Assembly (NCBI GenBank): GCA_963709405.1
Contig: CAVPXM010000055.1
Location: 160,001 to 224,000 of the forward strand
Length of the DNA stretch: 64,000 bases
Direction: 5' to 3'
Source: an uncultured Nitrososphaerales archaeon
GTDB lineage: Archaea > Thermoproteota > Nitrososphaeria > Nitrososphaerales > Nitrososphaeraceae
Part shown: positions 44,443 through 54,891 of the stretch, one piece after another
How positions within the stretch are numbered: the first letter of the stretch is position 1
Layout: each line of letters begins with the position of its first letter
The notes under the pieces: generated by a model
The model's input: only the letters and a program-made list of their open reading frames with translations
Databases searched by the model: none
What the model was told of the DNA's origin: nothing
Made by a program: the position numbers and the translations under genes

Positions 44443-45820
44443 ATGGTTACTCAAGAAAACGATCAAAGATTCATCCAGATATACGAAGGGAGAACGAAGA
44501 TATTAGTTCCTGCAAAATCTATCGTTAGTGTCGTTCCCTCAAAGACCCCCGCTTTTTTTAATAGATTGGCAAAGCTTAATCGCGACATTTCAATTCTAGC
44601 CTACAGAGTTTATGCTTTAGGACTTCAAGATTCCATGCGCCGTCGACATCGACAGGATAATTCTGTTTTCGGGACCGGTTGTGATACCGAAACGATAACG
44701 TTTGCTGATGCATTTAGTGGTACTGGTGCACGTGCACTACGAGTAGCAGTGGAAGCTCCGGAGATTCAAGAAATATATGGTAATGATATTAATGGGCTAG
44801 CAATAGAGAACGCGAGATTATCCGCAGAGCTTAATTCAGTCGGTTACAAATGCTTCTTCCGTTCTGATGATGTTCATAAATTTTTAACAGAACATAAAAC
44901 GAATGATGGTAAAAGGTTTGTAATTGCAGACCTAGATCCCTTTGGTAGCCCTTCTCCTTATATTGATTCGTTATTGCGATCGGTGAGAAATGGCGGCCTG
45001 ATCTCTGTAACGGCAACAGATACTGCTGTGCTCTGCGGAGTATATCCAAAGATATGCTTTCGAAAGTACTATGGAAGACCTATAAATAATAGCTTTTCAA
45101 ACGAAACTGCAATTCGCTTACTTTTATCACTTATTTCGTTAGTCGCTGCAAGATTTGAACTCATTATCGAGCCAGTTTTCGTTCATGCAAATTTTCACTA
45201 TCTTCGAGTCTACCTCACAATTAAAACGAGTAGTAGCAAGGCAAATATGATGCATGAGAAGCTTGGATTTATTCAATATTGTTTCAAGTGCGGCAATAGA
45301 AAATATTCACCCTTGAATCCATTGACTTCACAGTTCGGCGTATCACGTGAACTGTGTAATCAGTGCGGAGATAGCCTTTATACAGTAGGCGGACCGATGT
45401 GGTCAGGTCAGCTCTTCGATAAACAATTCGTGAGAAAAATGAATGATCTAAATTCATCCACTTCAAGAAATGATCGTTCTAATGTCGTTTCTTGTGACAG
45501 GCCTGATGTCCAACGAAAGGACGGCGAACCTCGATTACGAAAGCCAAATAATCTCGGGTTATTCAAGGGATCGCACAAGAAAGGCGGCGTCGATCCTATA
45601 AGCAAGATTTTAGAAGTCGCGATTACAGAGTTGGACTCTATCCCATATTATTTTCGATCCGATGAGATATCTTCGATGTTGAGAAAAAATCCGTTGCCAC
45701 TTGGCACGATAATAGAAAGACTTGTCTCAAATGGATTCAATGCATCTAGGACTAGCCTTAACCCAGGCAGCGTTCAAAACTGATGCTCGTTTGTCAGAAA
45801 TAATAGGAATACTGAAGTAG
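44443..45820 (+). CDS. trm1: tRNA (guanine26-N2)-dimethyltransferase (one extra base near 45766)
   Basis: FFN...NRD, SGTGARALR, DLDPFGSP, TATD, Zn finger, GPMWSG; repair gives FKTDA at the C-terminus. Confidence 0.93.
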
Positions 45821-45987
45821 ACAGGCAGACATGATCAAGAACCATACCGGCTTATACATTATACACGTCGTCATCTCTGCAAATTATGAGTAAATGGTCG
45901 GATACAGGAAAACTGGACAGGCAGCTTCGCTGCTAGACTCATATTCTTCATATTAACACTCTTTTGAGGCGGTTTTCAGAGATTTAG

Positions 45988-46230
45988 TTACGTAGTTGGA
46001 TTCAGATTTTCTTTTAAAAATATTAACACCGTTCGACCATTTGTTTCGCTGTAACCTCCTCTAAACCTGAATCCAGCATTACGAATCATATTGCCTGCAA
46101 GACTGGAGAGGATCTGCTGGGGCTTCACTATTAAAAGCGTTCCATATTGGGTGGTCTGAATGTCTGCGTGGTAACCTTCGATAAGAATTCTTCCTAGTAA
46201 GTCCATTGGTCTCATAGCATTTTGAATCAA
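45988..46230 (-). CDS. Small hypothetical protein
   Basis: 80-aa ORF with an alpha/beta pattern; TTTTTATAA upstream on the minus strand (about 46270-46262). Confidence 0.55.
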   Translation of the reverse strand: MIQNAMRPMDLLGRILIEGYHADIQTTQYGTLLIVKPQQILSSLAGNMIRNAGFRFRGGYSETNGRTVLIFLKENLNPTT

Positions 46231-46759
46231 AATGAATTTATCTCTGATTCATTACCCTTCGTTATAAAAAACCGTTTAGTTTATCTGGATTTGCTATTCA
46301 GTCTAAATAGCTTTTCTTACCATTAAATTAGTATCCCTCTTCGATAGAGGATGCCAACTCAAAACTGCTTCCCAGTCAATTATTTGTAGGGGTTGCCGAG
46401 AGACCAGGAATAATCGACTGGTGAATTAGCCCAGAGTTAAATGGAGCGTATCTAAGAATTGAAATCGTTCTTTCTTACTCTGCGTTTTTTGCATCTAAGC
46501 AATGGATTTACGTCTTAGTTGCTTAGAATTCACTTCTATTACTTTGATGTTATTCGATTTCTCCTATCGTACCAATAGCAATGTTGGTCTTCAGCGAAAC
46601 TAACAACATCACTGCTAATAGATCCTGGGGAAGTTATAATAGTATTTTTTCGTGTTTTTTCGTTTACTATCAAGTATCTCAATCATGCCATCACATTGTT
46701 ATCTACGGCATACGAATAAATTCTACCCGATAATACAAAACTCTTGAATCCAATAGGTC

Positions 46760-47548
46760 TTGTCAAAACTTCAAGTAATAAATGTAAGTAAACAATTTCT
46801 AGACGAGAAAAAAGGGGTTCAAATAAGAGCGATTGAAAATGTTAACCTTTCAATTGAGGAGGGACAATTCGTTTGTTTTGTTGGCCCGTCTGGCTGCGGA
46901 AAATCGACGCTCCTAAATATATTGGCCGGGTTGGACAGACCATCTGATGGAGAGGTCGTACTTAACGGACAAGTAGTAAAAGGAACTGGACCAGACAGAG
47001 TTATGGTCTTTCAAGAAAATGCACTATTTCCTTGGCTTAAGGTTCTTGACAACGTAGAATTTGGACTCAAGATGGCAGGAATTGAGAAGAAAAGAAGATT
47101 TGAGATATCAATGCGATATCTTGAACTGATGCAGCTAACACGATTTGCCGACTCATACACGTATCAATTATCTGGGGGCATGAAGCAGAGGGTAGCAATA
47201 GCTCGTGCGCTTGTGACAGACCCCGAAGTTTTGTTGATGGATGAACCATTCGCTGCGCTAGATTCTCAGACGAGAGACCTTTTGTTAGTAGAATTACAGC
47301 TACTATGGGCAAAGACTCGAAAAACTATCGTATTTGTAACTCACAATATTTTAGAATCTGTTTGCTTAGGTGATAAGGTAGTTGTCTTCACCAGTCGTCC
47401 CGGAAAAATTAAGGCCGAGATTGCAGTTGGCTACAGAAGACCAAGGCTATCTGAAGATAGCAACCTTCAGAAATATCAACAGAGAATCCTCGAAGAGCTG
47501 AAACAGGAAATAATCAGTGCAAGAAAGATGGATGACCCGTGGTTTTAG
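46760..47548 (+). CDS. ABC transporter ATP-binding protein (TauB/SsuB/NrtD family)
   Basis: GPSGCGKST, VFQENALFPW, LSGGMKQR, LLMDEPFAALD, VTH, SRPG. Confidence 0.93.
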   Translation: MSKLQVINVSKQFLDEKKGVQIRAIENVNLSIEEGQFVCFVGPSGCGKSTLLNILAGLDRPSDGEVVLNGQVVKGTGPDRVMVFQENALFPWLKVLDNVEFGLKMAGIEKKRRFEISMRYLELMQLTRFADSYTYQLSGGMKQRVAIARALVTDPEVLLMDEPFAALDSQTRDLLLVELQLLWAKTRKTIVFVTHNILESVCLGDKVVVFTSRPGKIKAEIAVGYRRPRLSEDSNLQKYQQRILEELKQEIISARKMDDPWF

Positions 47549-47666
47549 GACTGATTTTATGATTGTATGGATTTAGATTTGGATTAAAATCGTTAAATCC
47601 TACCACTTTTCTTGTTCTCTCGTAGGTTTGAATATTTGAAATGCGATAACAATAAATTTTAACTTT

Positions 47667-48434
47667 CTACTTTTTTAGCTGTTCAAGCAATTGTAGTCCG
47701 GCGTTAAAATTGTTAGGTGACGTCAATAGAACCTCATCCGCCAGCGTGCCAGCCTCCTTTACGAATTCAATTGGATTATCTTTATACTGTGTCCAGTTCA
47801 GACCTATTATTCTTGCGGATGGTTCATTTTTTTTGCACGGTATCATGACGCACGCTATAACTCTTATTTTATTTTCGTGCGCAATGTCAACAATCCCAGC
47901 CAAAGCCTCTAAGGATTCGATGGATTGAGTGACAAATGCATTTGGTCTTGCGTCAATTTTTCCTTGAATCGACGAAAGTTGCTTTATGTGGTTCGGAATT
48001 GCTAACTCTATTTCTATTTCCTCATCGTACTTCATGGTATGTAACATCTTCACTATTTTACTGGGCATAGTCACAGAGTACGTTGCTTTATGCTTGGGAT
48101 CATCCCCAGCAACGATCAAAACACCACGTATTCCTACTAGTATAGCATCGGCCACATATTGACATATCGACAAGAAGCTTCTATCCTGCGTCCTTAAGCT
48201 ACAACTAAGACCTGTCGAATCCAATTTTCCGTTACTTCTTAAATAACTTGCGGTTGCAATCCCAGAAATCCTCGGGACACCTAATACGGAGTCGGTAAGA
48301 TGTATGTTCTCTACCAATCCGTCCAAGAGCTCAGCCCGACTTCGGAACCTATACAGATCTTCCCTAAGTGATAGAAAGCTAAACGTACCATCTTTCGCTA
48401 TCTTAGGAGGATTTAATTCATAATTTAACTTCAT
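47667..48434 (-). CDS. Methylenetetrahydrofolate reductase-like (MetF-fold) protein
   Basis: YELNPPK, HLTDSVLG, SLRTQDR, LIVAGD, FVTQ. Confidence 0.7.
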   Translation of the reverse strand: MKLNYELNPPKIAKDGTFSFLSLREDLYRFRSRAELLDGLVENIHLTDSVLGVPRISGIATASYLRSNGKLDSTGLSCSLRTQDRSFLSICQYVADAILVGIRGVLIVAGDDPKHKATYSVTMPSKIVKMLHTMKYDEEIEIELAIPNHIKQLSSIQGKIDARPNAFVTQSIESLEALAGIVDIAHENKIRVIACVMIPCKKNEPSARIIGLNWTQYKDNPIEFVKEAGTLADEVLLTSPNNFNAGLQLLEQLKK

Positions 48435-48757
48435 ACCTTAGATGCTTGTGGGTTGATTATCTGTCAGCCGTACTATTAAATGCGACGCACAAGTTCTCTT
48501 CGATCACGTACCAAAAACCTCAGCTAAACTAGTGAGGCGGTACATCATCTTCCCTAAAGGAAATGAGGATCTTAATGTGTACATCAATTTATTATTCAGC
48601 AGGACGAAGGATTGCGTGCTAATGCTGAGTCAAAATAGTATTAATTCTTATGGATGAAAACAGTAATTGCTAACAACAGAATATCTAATGCAGTGTATTC
48701 ACTCAGTGTAGTCTGACAATATATTGATTATAAATAAGCGCTGTTGCATATCTGATA

Positions 48758-49357
48758 ATGTTGTCTACTAAGGACGAAATATTACAAAAGATTTGGCCTC
48801 TTCTAAATTTTGATGCTTACGGTGTCGCGGGACTCGAGACTCTTGGCTTGACACGTGCATCAGTTTTAATAATAATTCATTACCGCCATACCATACCTTA
48901 CATTATTCTTACCAAGCGAAGTGGCAGTATTCGATTGCATTCTAGTGAGATCTGTTTTCCAGGTGGTCGGTATGATCCTGTCGAAGATCGAAATTTGCTT
49001 GACACAGCAATTAGAGAGACGACTGAAGAATTGGGCCTTGCGCTGACTGAAAGAGACATCATTGGTAGTCTTAGGCCAGTCAGGACCCTGACCTCCAACT
49101 TTATAATACATCCTTTTGTCACAATCCAAGGAATGATCGCTCGGCCAAAATCCGTATCAAAAGAAGTAGAAAGAATAATAGATGCTCCACTCTACAAAGT
49201 ATTAAAAAGTATTGCTCCAGACCACCGTCATTCTGAAATTACACAGAATCGCGACCTATACAAATTTAAGTATAAAGATGATATAATCTGGGGTGCGACA
49301 TCTCAGATTTTAAAGCAGTTACATGATCATCTTTACGAAAAGGCTTATGATAATTGA
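48758..49357 (+). CDS. Nudix hydrolase (CoA pyrophosphatase family)
   Basis: LTKRS...HSSEICFPGG, Nudix box AIRETTEELG, IWGAT. Confidence 0.92.
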   Translation: MLSTKDEILQKIWPLLNFDAYGVAGLETLGLTRASVLIIIHYRHTIPYIILTKRSGSIRLHSSEICFPGGRYDPVEDRNLLDTAIRETTEELGLALTERDIIGSLRPVRTLTSNFIIHPFVTIQGMIARPKSVSKEVERIIDAPLYKVLKSIAPDHRHSEITQNRDLYKFKYKDDIIWGATSQILKQLHDHLYEKAYDN

Positions 49358-49526
49358 ATTTACGCAACAAAAATCTGATATTTTGGTAATTTATTGCCTT
49401 TCCGCCAATTTCTGGAATCAATTCCTTTTTGGAGCTAAGCAATGTATATCCTATAGACTAACAATCGATCTATGAATACAACTAATCTCTAAATACTTAA
49501 AGCAAAGGACATACTAAAGATAACAA

Positions 49527-49766
49527 ATGTTATGCAGATCGTGTGGAAATGAGATGAATCCATTCGAATTTTGTTCATCGTGTAATGAGGCGGTACAATG
49601 GAAATGCAGTAATTGTGACAGGGAAAACGACAAATCGATTCATACCCATTACGAGAATGTTACAACAGAGTCTTTTAGGCTATCTATTGTGATTCAGACC
49701 GCAGTTACAGCGAGCTTGCCTATCCGGACTAGCGTGGTTAGCAAATATCTGTTAATTCACTGTTAA
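49527..49766 (+). CDS. Small zinc-finger protein
   Basis: CRSC, CSSC, CSNC and HTH ligands; AT-rich box upstream. Confidence 0.75.
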   Translation: MLCRSCGNEMNPFEFCSSCNEAVQWKCSNCDRENDKSIHTHYENVTTESFRLSIVIQTAVTASLPIRTSVVSKYLLIHC

Positions 49767-49952
49767 TCTCACTATTTTCTATAAGATTCAGGATTCAGTA
49801 TTATTCCTTAATCGCCATCCATGATTAGCTCCGACTAATCAGTGTCGAATTCTATTATGACCTTGGATATTTGTGACTGACGATTAAAGATGGGTTCAGA
49901 TTTCGCCCCGATAACGGTACCCTTATGTAACGTAAATTGAGTGATAAACTTC

Positions 49953-51414
49953 ATGCTGCTTGAGAGTCTTGAAGAGTTTGTAGAAGCCCTTGAAAGAGCA
50001 GATGAGCTTAAGCGTATACGAACAAGGGTTAGTACTAATTTGGAGATAGACTGAGGTAATGCGCAGGTTGATGTACGATCGCGTCCATCATCAGCCGGCA
50101 GTGCTATTTGAGAATATTGAGGGACATTCCATTCCAATATTAGGAAATGCTTTCGGATCAATCAGAAGGCTTCAAATTGCATTAGATCTTAGCGATTTCA
50201 GTGAGATAGGCAATCGAATTGTAGATCTAACTAAGATGAAGATGCCGGCAGGAGTACTAAATAAAATTAAGATGTTGCCTAAGCTATCAGAATTGGCAGA
50301 TTACGGACCAAGAGTTGTAGAGACGGGTCCTGTTACTGAGGTCATAAAGGATGAAAATCGATCATCTCTAAACTCTTTGCCCATCCTAAAGTCATTTGCG
50401 GGAGACGCTGGGAAATTCATAACGTTTGGATTGACTGTATCTAAACATCCCGAGACTCAAGTTAGAAACATTGGAGTTTATAGGATTCAGATCCTAAACC
50501 ATAAAAAAGGTTTGATGCATTGGCAGATCCATAAGCGTGGTGCACAACACTTTGAGATATCCAAGGAACAGAAAAAGAAAATAGAAGTTGCAATTGTCAT
50601 CGGAGCGGATCCAGCCACAATTTTCTCTGCTATTGCACCAGTTCCAGAGGGGATGGACAAATTCCTTTTTGCAGGGATTACAAGAAAAAAGGGATTAAGA
50701 ATGGTGAAATGCAGAAGCGTTGACCTAGAAGTACCTGCCAATGCAGAGATCGTGCTTGAGGGTTATGTCAACCCCGATGAGACAGAAATGGAAGGTCCTT
50801 TTGCCGATCATACTGGTTATTATACGCCTCCTGAGCCATTTCCAGTTTTTACTCTTACGGGCATTATGCAAAAGAAAAACCCTATCTACTTGACTACAGT
50901 GGTTGGTAAGCCTATTTTAGAAGATGCATACATAGGAAAAGTAATTGAGCGTTCCTTTCTACCACTTATTAAAATGTTTCAGCCTGAGGTTATTGATTTT
51001 TCTATGCCGCCAGCGGGATGGTTCCAAGGACTTGCTATTATATCAATCAAGAAGCGTTATCCAGGCCAAGCAAAAAAAGTGATGATGGGTTTGTGGGGAC
51101 TGGGACAGCTCGCCCTCACGAAAGTATTTATCGTCGTCGACTATGATATAAATGTCCACAGTTTGGACGATGTTATATGGGCAGTTACCACTCGAGCAGA
51201 TCCACACCGGGATACTATGATAATTGACTTTACACCGACTGATACTCTGGACCCGGCGTCACCACTTGTAAATCTTGGGTCAAAAATGGGGATCGATGCA
51301 ACAACGAAATGGAAGGAGGAGGGATTTTCTAGAGATATCCAAGAATTGGCAATAGTCGACCAAAATACTAAGGAATATGTTGACCGCAGATGGACGGAAT
51401 ATGGATTAGACTAG
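49953..51414 (+). CDS. ubiD: UbiD-family decarboxylase, menaquinone-biosynthesis type (one extra base at 50050)
   Basis: Upstream frame MLLESLEEFVEALERADEL...LEI(A)EV joins PAVLFEN, RNIGVYR, EGPFADHTGYY, LDPAS, KMGIDAT. Confidence 0.93.
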
Positions 51415-51826
51415 AACATGAATTCTGCGGTATTTTTCGAGTTTCATATGAAGCATCATTAGCACATGAGTGTGCTAGCCGCCTACTTCGAAGACCTAAG
51501 AGTAATGGGTAGTATACCACTATCGCACATTCGTCATCCGCTCTTCATTAATGTGCTAGTGAGTTTCAGTACGACCGGAACCTTGAAGATCATGGCTAAT
51601 CAAAATTACATATTAGAAATAAGTAATTGCAAATCACAATATTTGTAGAGAACAAACGAGCCTCTGCCTCAGTGAGAAACGTAGTTGCATGGTAAACTAT
51701 ATGGTGCTTAACTAGTATTACTTCAAATTGCTACAGAATCCAAATAAAGGTCGAACACTGACTATGAGAATTTAGCTTGTAGTGATGATGCCTATCACCT
51801 AATTCTTAATTGGTCCTTTGTTCCTT

Positions 51827-51841
51827 GAAACCCTTTTATAT
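51827..51841 (+). promoter_or_regulatory. Putative BRE/TATA promoter of dps (probably leaderless)
   Basis: GAAACCC-TTTTATAT ending 22 nt upstream of ATG 51864. Confidence 0.6.
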
Positions 51842-51863
51842 CGTAAACGAAGTGATATTCGAT

Positions 51864-52457
51864 ATGGCAAGTGAGGTTAAGGGAAAAGTTCCAAAAATCG
51901 TAGCGTTAGAAGTTCTGGAAAAGAATGGCGTTAATGTGGAAAGATTAAAGGAGTTAATTACAAAGGGAGTTGGTGCCGAATTTACCACGTACTATTACTA
52001 CACAATCCTAAGGATGCACTGCACGGGTTTAGAAGGGGAAGGTATAAAGGAGATCGTGGAAGACGCACGCATTGAGGACCGGAACCACTTTGAGGCCATG
52101 GTGCCCAGACTTTATGAATTAGGAGGCGGCCTTCCGAGAGACATTAGAAAATTCGCTGATCAAGCCGGCTGTCCAGATGCGTATTTACCGGATAATTGGG
52201 AAGATATAAATTCGATATTGAAGGTGTTACTCGAAGCAGAGCAGTGTGCAATCAGGTCTTGGGGAGAGGTCTGCGATATGACTGCTGGGAAGGATCCGAG
52301 AACATATGACATTGCACAGAGGATTATGCAAGAGGAAGTTGAGCATGAAGCTTGGTTCATTGAGCTCTTGTCAAAGAGACCTTCGGGCCACTATAGAAGG
52401 AAATTTGTAGGCCAGTCTCCCCATACTGGCAGCCAAGGAAGCTTGATTCATCTATAA
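51864..52457 (+). CDS. dps: DNA protection during starvation protein (DpsL, ferritin-like)
   Basis: [41 protein letters not shown]; Cys pair typical of archaeal DpsL. Confidence 0.93.
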   Translation: MASEVKGKVPKIVALEVLEKNGVNVERLKELITKGVGAEFTTYYYYTILRMHCTGLEGEGIKEIVEDARIEDRNHFEAMVPRLYELGGGLPRDIRKFADQAGCPDAYLPDNWEDINSILKVLLEAEQCAIRSWGEVCDMTAGKDPRTYDIAQRIMQEEVEHEAWFIELLSKRPSGHYRRKFVGQSPHTGSQGSLIHL

Positions 52458-52782
52458 GGAGAGATCATCTGGATAAATTTTCCAAATACATTACGTAATT
52501 TGCCTCTTTATTTTCTTCGCTCTTTAAGTGGTGAACACCGAACGGCTCTTAAAGATATGCAAAATTTCTCCTCTCAAGAGAGCAAGAGAGCAAAAAGCCC
52601 GATGGCTCATAGAAGTCGTCACTTTATCCGTATTGGAAGCCAATGCCAAACAACGAGCCTCGGTCCATTGAGTACCTTTTATACTAGTTTTATACTGAGC
52701 AGTAATGGCTCGTGGGCTTAACAAGCTAGTGTCAGGAAATTCTTTATATGAGGATATTCGTAGGTACGGGTGAGCAATTAAA

Positions 52783-53961
52783 TTGACTAAATGTATTGCC
52801 TTTCATTCCTATAAAGGTGGTACTGGGAAGACAACAATCGGAGCTAATTTTCCGGCGTCCCTGACTAAGAAGGGTTATAAAGTTTCCTTAATTGATCTTG
52901 ATGTTTATGCTCCTAGCCTTCAATCATATTTTGATGTGGAGCCAAAAAAGTCTATTAATGATTATCTATATTCAAATGCCGAGGTAGAGGACGTTATGGT
53001 TGACATGACCGCTCTAATCAGCGGTTCGTTCACAAACCTCGGAGAGGCATCACATGAAGCCAGGTCCCAGACAAACGATCGTTCAAAAAATTCAAGAACT
53101 GGAACTGAAACTAACTCCCGCTCATCTGATTCCAGATCTAATTCCAGATCTACCGTTAAAGAAGATGCAAAGGATCTGTCAAACTCTCTGAAGGACGACA
53201 AATCTAAAAAATCTGGTAAGCTCTGGGTAGGATTTTGTAGTACACGAAAGGAAGACATATTCAAGTTAGAAGGGGGGGTAAACGAGAATATGAGACGGCA
53301 ATTCCTGAAAAGATTCATTCTACTGCGAGAGCAGTTGATTTCCAGCTACGACTCTGATTATATAGTTATTGATACAAGTCCAGGTATTCGGTATTGGTCT
53401 ATAAATGCATTGGCAGTAGCTGATATATTGTTTTTGACCCTGAAAATGGGCGATCTGGACATAGAAGGTACTAAAAAAATTGTAGATGAGATTTATACAT
53501 CATTTACTAAATTCGGGACAAGATCTTATCTATTGCTCAATAGAGTTTCTGGTTATTGTGTGCCACATAACCAATCACAAGACAGCGCTAGATCTCCTTC
53601 CGATATTGTTGATCCGTTTTCCGATAAGTCGACCCCTAACCTTTATTCGTCCTTTGAGACTTTGCCTTACGCCAATAACGCCAAAAGTGTTGGGCTAGAA
53701 AGTGGAGGAAATTATGCTGGGTCAATTAATCGTCCAGGTCCCATAGTGTCTATTCCAGAACGCATGCGAGGTATCCATTCTGATCTATCAAGAATGCTCT
53801 CTAGTGAATTGAGAATGAATGTAATTTCCTCTGTTCCTTGTTACTGCGACATCCAATTTGTAAGAAAGGAATTCTTGACAGCTTTACAATTTCCAGATCA
53901 CCCGTTTGCTCTCAAAATAGAAGAACTTATTAATAACATGGAGCATTTTTCCCAGAAATAA
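52783..53961 (+). CDS. MinD/ParA-family ATPase with two low-complexity insertions
   Basis: Deviant Walker A FHSYKGGTGKTT, LIDLD, IDTSPG, LLLNRV; GGTGAG SD upstream. Confidence 0.88.
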   Translation: MTKCIAFHSYKGGTGKTTIGANFPASLTKKGYKVSLIDLDVYAPSLQSYFDVEPKKSINDYLYSNAEVEDVMVDMTALISGSFTNLGEASHEARSQTNDRSKNSRTGTETNSRSSDSRSNSRSTVKEDAKDLSNSLKDDKSKKSGKLWVGFCSTRKEDIFKLEGGVNENMRRQFLKRFILLREQLISSYDSDYIVIDTSPGIRYWSINALAVADILFLTLKMGDLDIEGTKKIVDEIYTSFTKFGTRSYLLLNRVSGYCVPHNQSQDSARSPSDIVDPFSDKSTPNLYSSFETLPYANNAKSVGLESGGNYAGSINRPGPIVSIPERMRGIHSDLSRMLSSELRMNVISSVPCYCDIQFVRKEFLTALQFPDHPFALKIEELINNMEHFSQK

Positions 53962-54090
53962 GTCAAGAATATGGTCATATTTGAGCTTCGACAGTGATAT
54001 TATCTCTCTTGGCTTAGCCTATGGACTTTCCAATAACGCATCCTGCTTTACGATAATCGTTGACGATAATCATGTTAAAGAATATTATTA

Positions 54091-54471
54091 CTATTGATTC
54101 GCAAGTTCTAGGTTTATTCGTCTTACAAGATCACTCATCTCTATGGGCTTTTTTAAAAAACAGGCTTGATCTGATGATGTGAAGATTTCTCGCAGAGCAT
54201 GGTAGTTTATCTCGTAGGCTGTGATAAAACAAACCTTTGCATCAGGGTCTATCTTATGCAACTGTTCAAAGAGTTCAAAGCCATCAATCGAGGGCATCCT
54301 GACGTCTATGATCAAAAGGTCATATAGTTTTGGCTTGAAATTTAAGACGGCAGCATTAGGATCAGTATATGAATCTACATCGAAACCCGCATTCTCTAGA
54401 GAAACCTTGAATGATGCGACTACGTCAGGTTCATCATCAACAACTAAGATTCTTCTTTTGACTGTGGCTAT
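54091..54471 (-). CDS. Single-domain response regulator (REC); probable ATA start
   Basis: Frame extends upstream of the ORF-track start to RILVVDDEPD; YDLLIIDVRMP, ITA, KKP; GGGAGGT SD 8 nt before ATA. Confidence 0.9.
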   Translation of the reverse strand: MATVKRRILVVDDEPDVVASFKVSLENAGFDVDSYTDPNAAVLNFKPKLYDLLIIDVRMPSIDGFELFEQLHKIDPDAKVCFITAYEINYHALREIFTSSDQACFLKKPIEMSDLVRRINLELANQ

Positions 54472-54891
54472 AAGCGATTACCTCCCAATAATGAAATGTT
54501 CATTCTTGATTATTGACGCGAGTGAATGTATACAATAGTATAATTTAGGGAATATTAATCTTAATATACATAACTCACATTTCACTACAAGTTTGAATGA
54601 TCGGCTTTCAACGCAAATTTTGGACATTAGCCTTTGCTATCTCTACATCTGAATTCTCAGAACACATATATTTATGATTTATATTATACTAATAGTAGAA
54701 AATAAAAGGAATCCGACAAAACAGGGCAGTAATGCTGGTAATTGGTGAACTGCACGTCATAATACGGCCACATTTGGTTCGAATCGCAAAAATGAAGAAC
54801 GTTAGGATCTTGGAATTTATTAGTTGGAGCAAAAGACTAGATTTTTAGTGACAATGACAATGACCTATGGGGTAAAATTCGATTTATTAAT

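Noticed and set aside
46385-46452. TPP or glycine riboswitch
   Set aside because: Only fragments resemble them (GGGG, GAGAG, AGCGTA). The TPP CUGAGA and CCUGA cores and the glycine CCGAAG/CUCAGG cores are absent, so it is kept only as an unclassified structure.
48560-48632. Box C/D sRNA (ATGAGGA ... CTGA)
   Set aside because: The box C is imperfect, there is no convincing D'/C' pair or terminal stem, and no target could be identified.
6471-50052. Widespread pseudogenisation or programmed frameshifting
   Set aside because: The affected genes are core, show no other decay or premature stops, lack slippery heptamers, and the indels are all insertions concentrated in three motifs. Sequencing error fits better.
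52783-53961. Inteins as the cause of the insertions in the MinD/ParA protein (and Trm1)
   Set aside because: The inserts are short and low-complexity, with no His-Asn splice junction or homing endonuclease motifs.
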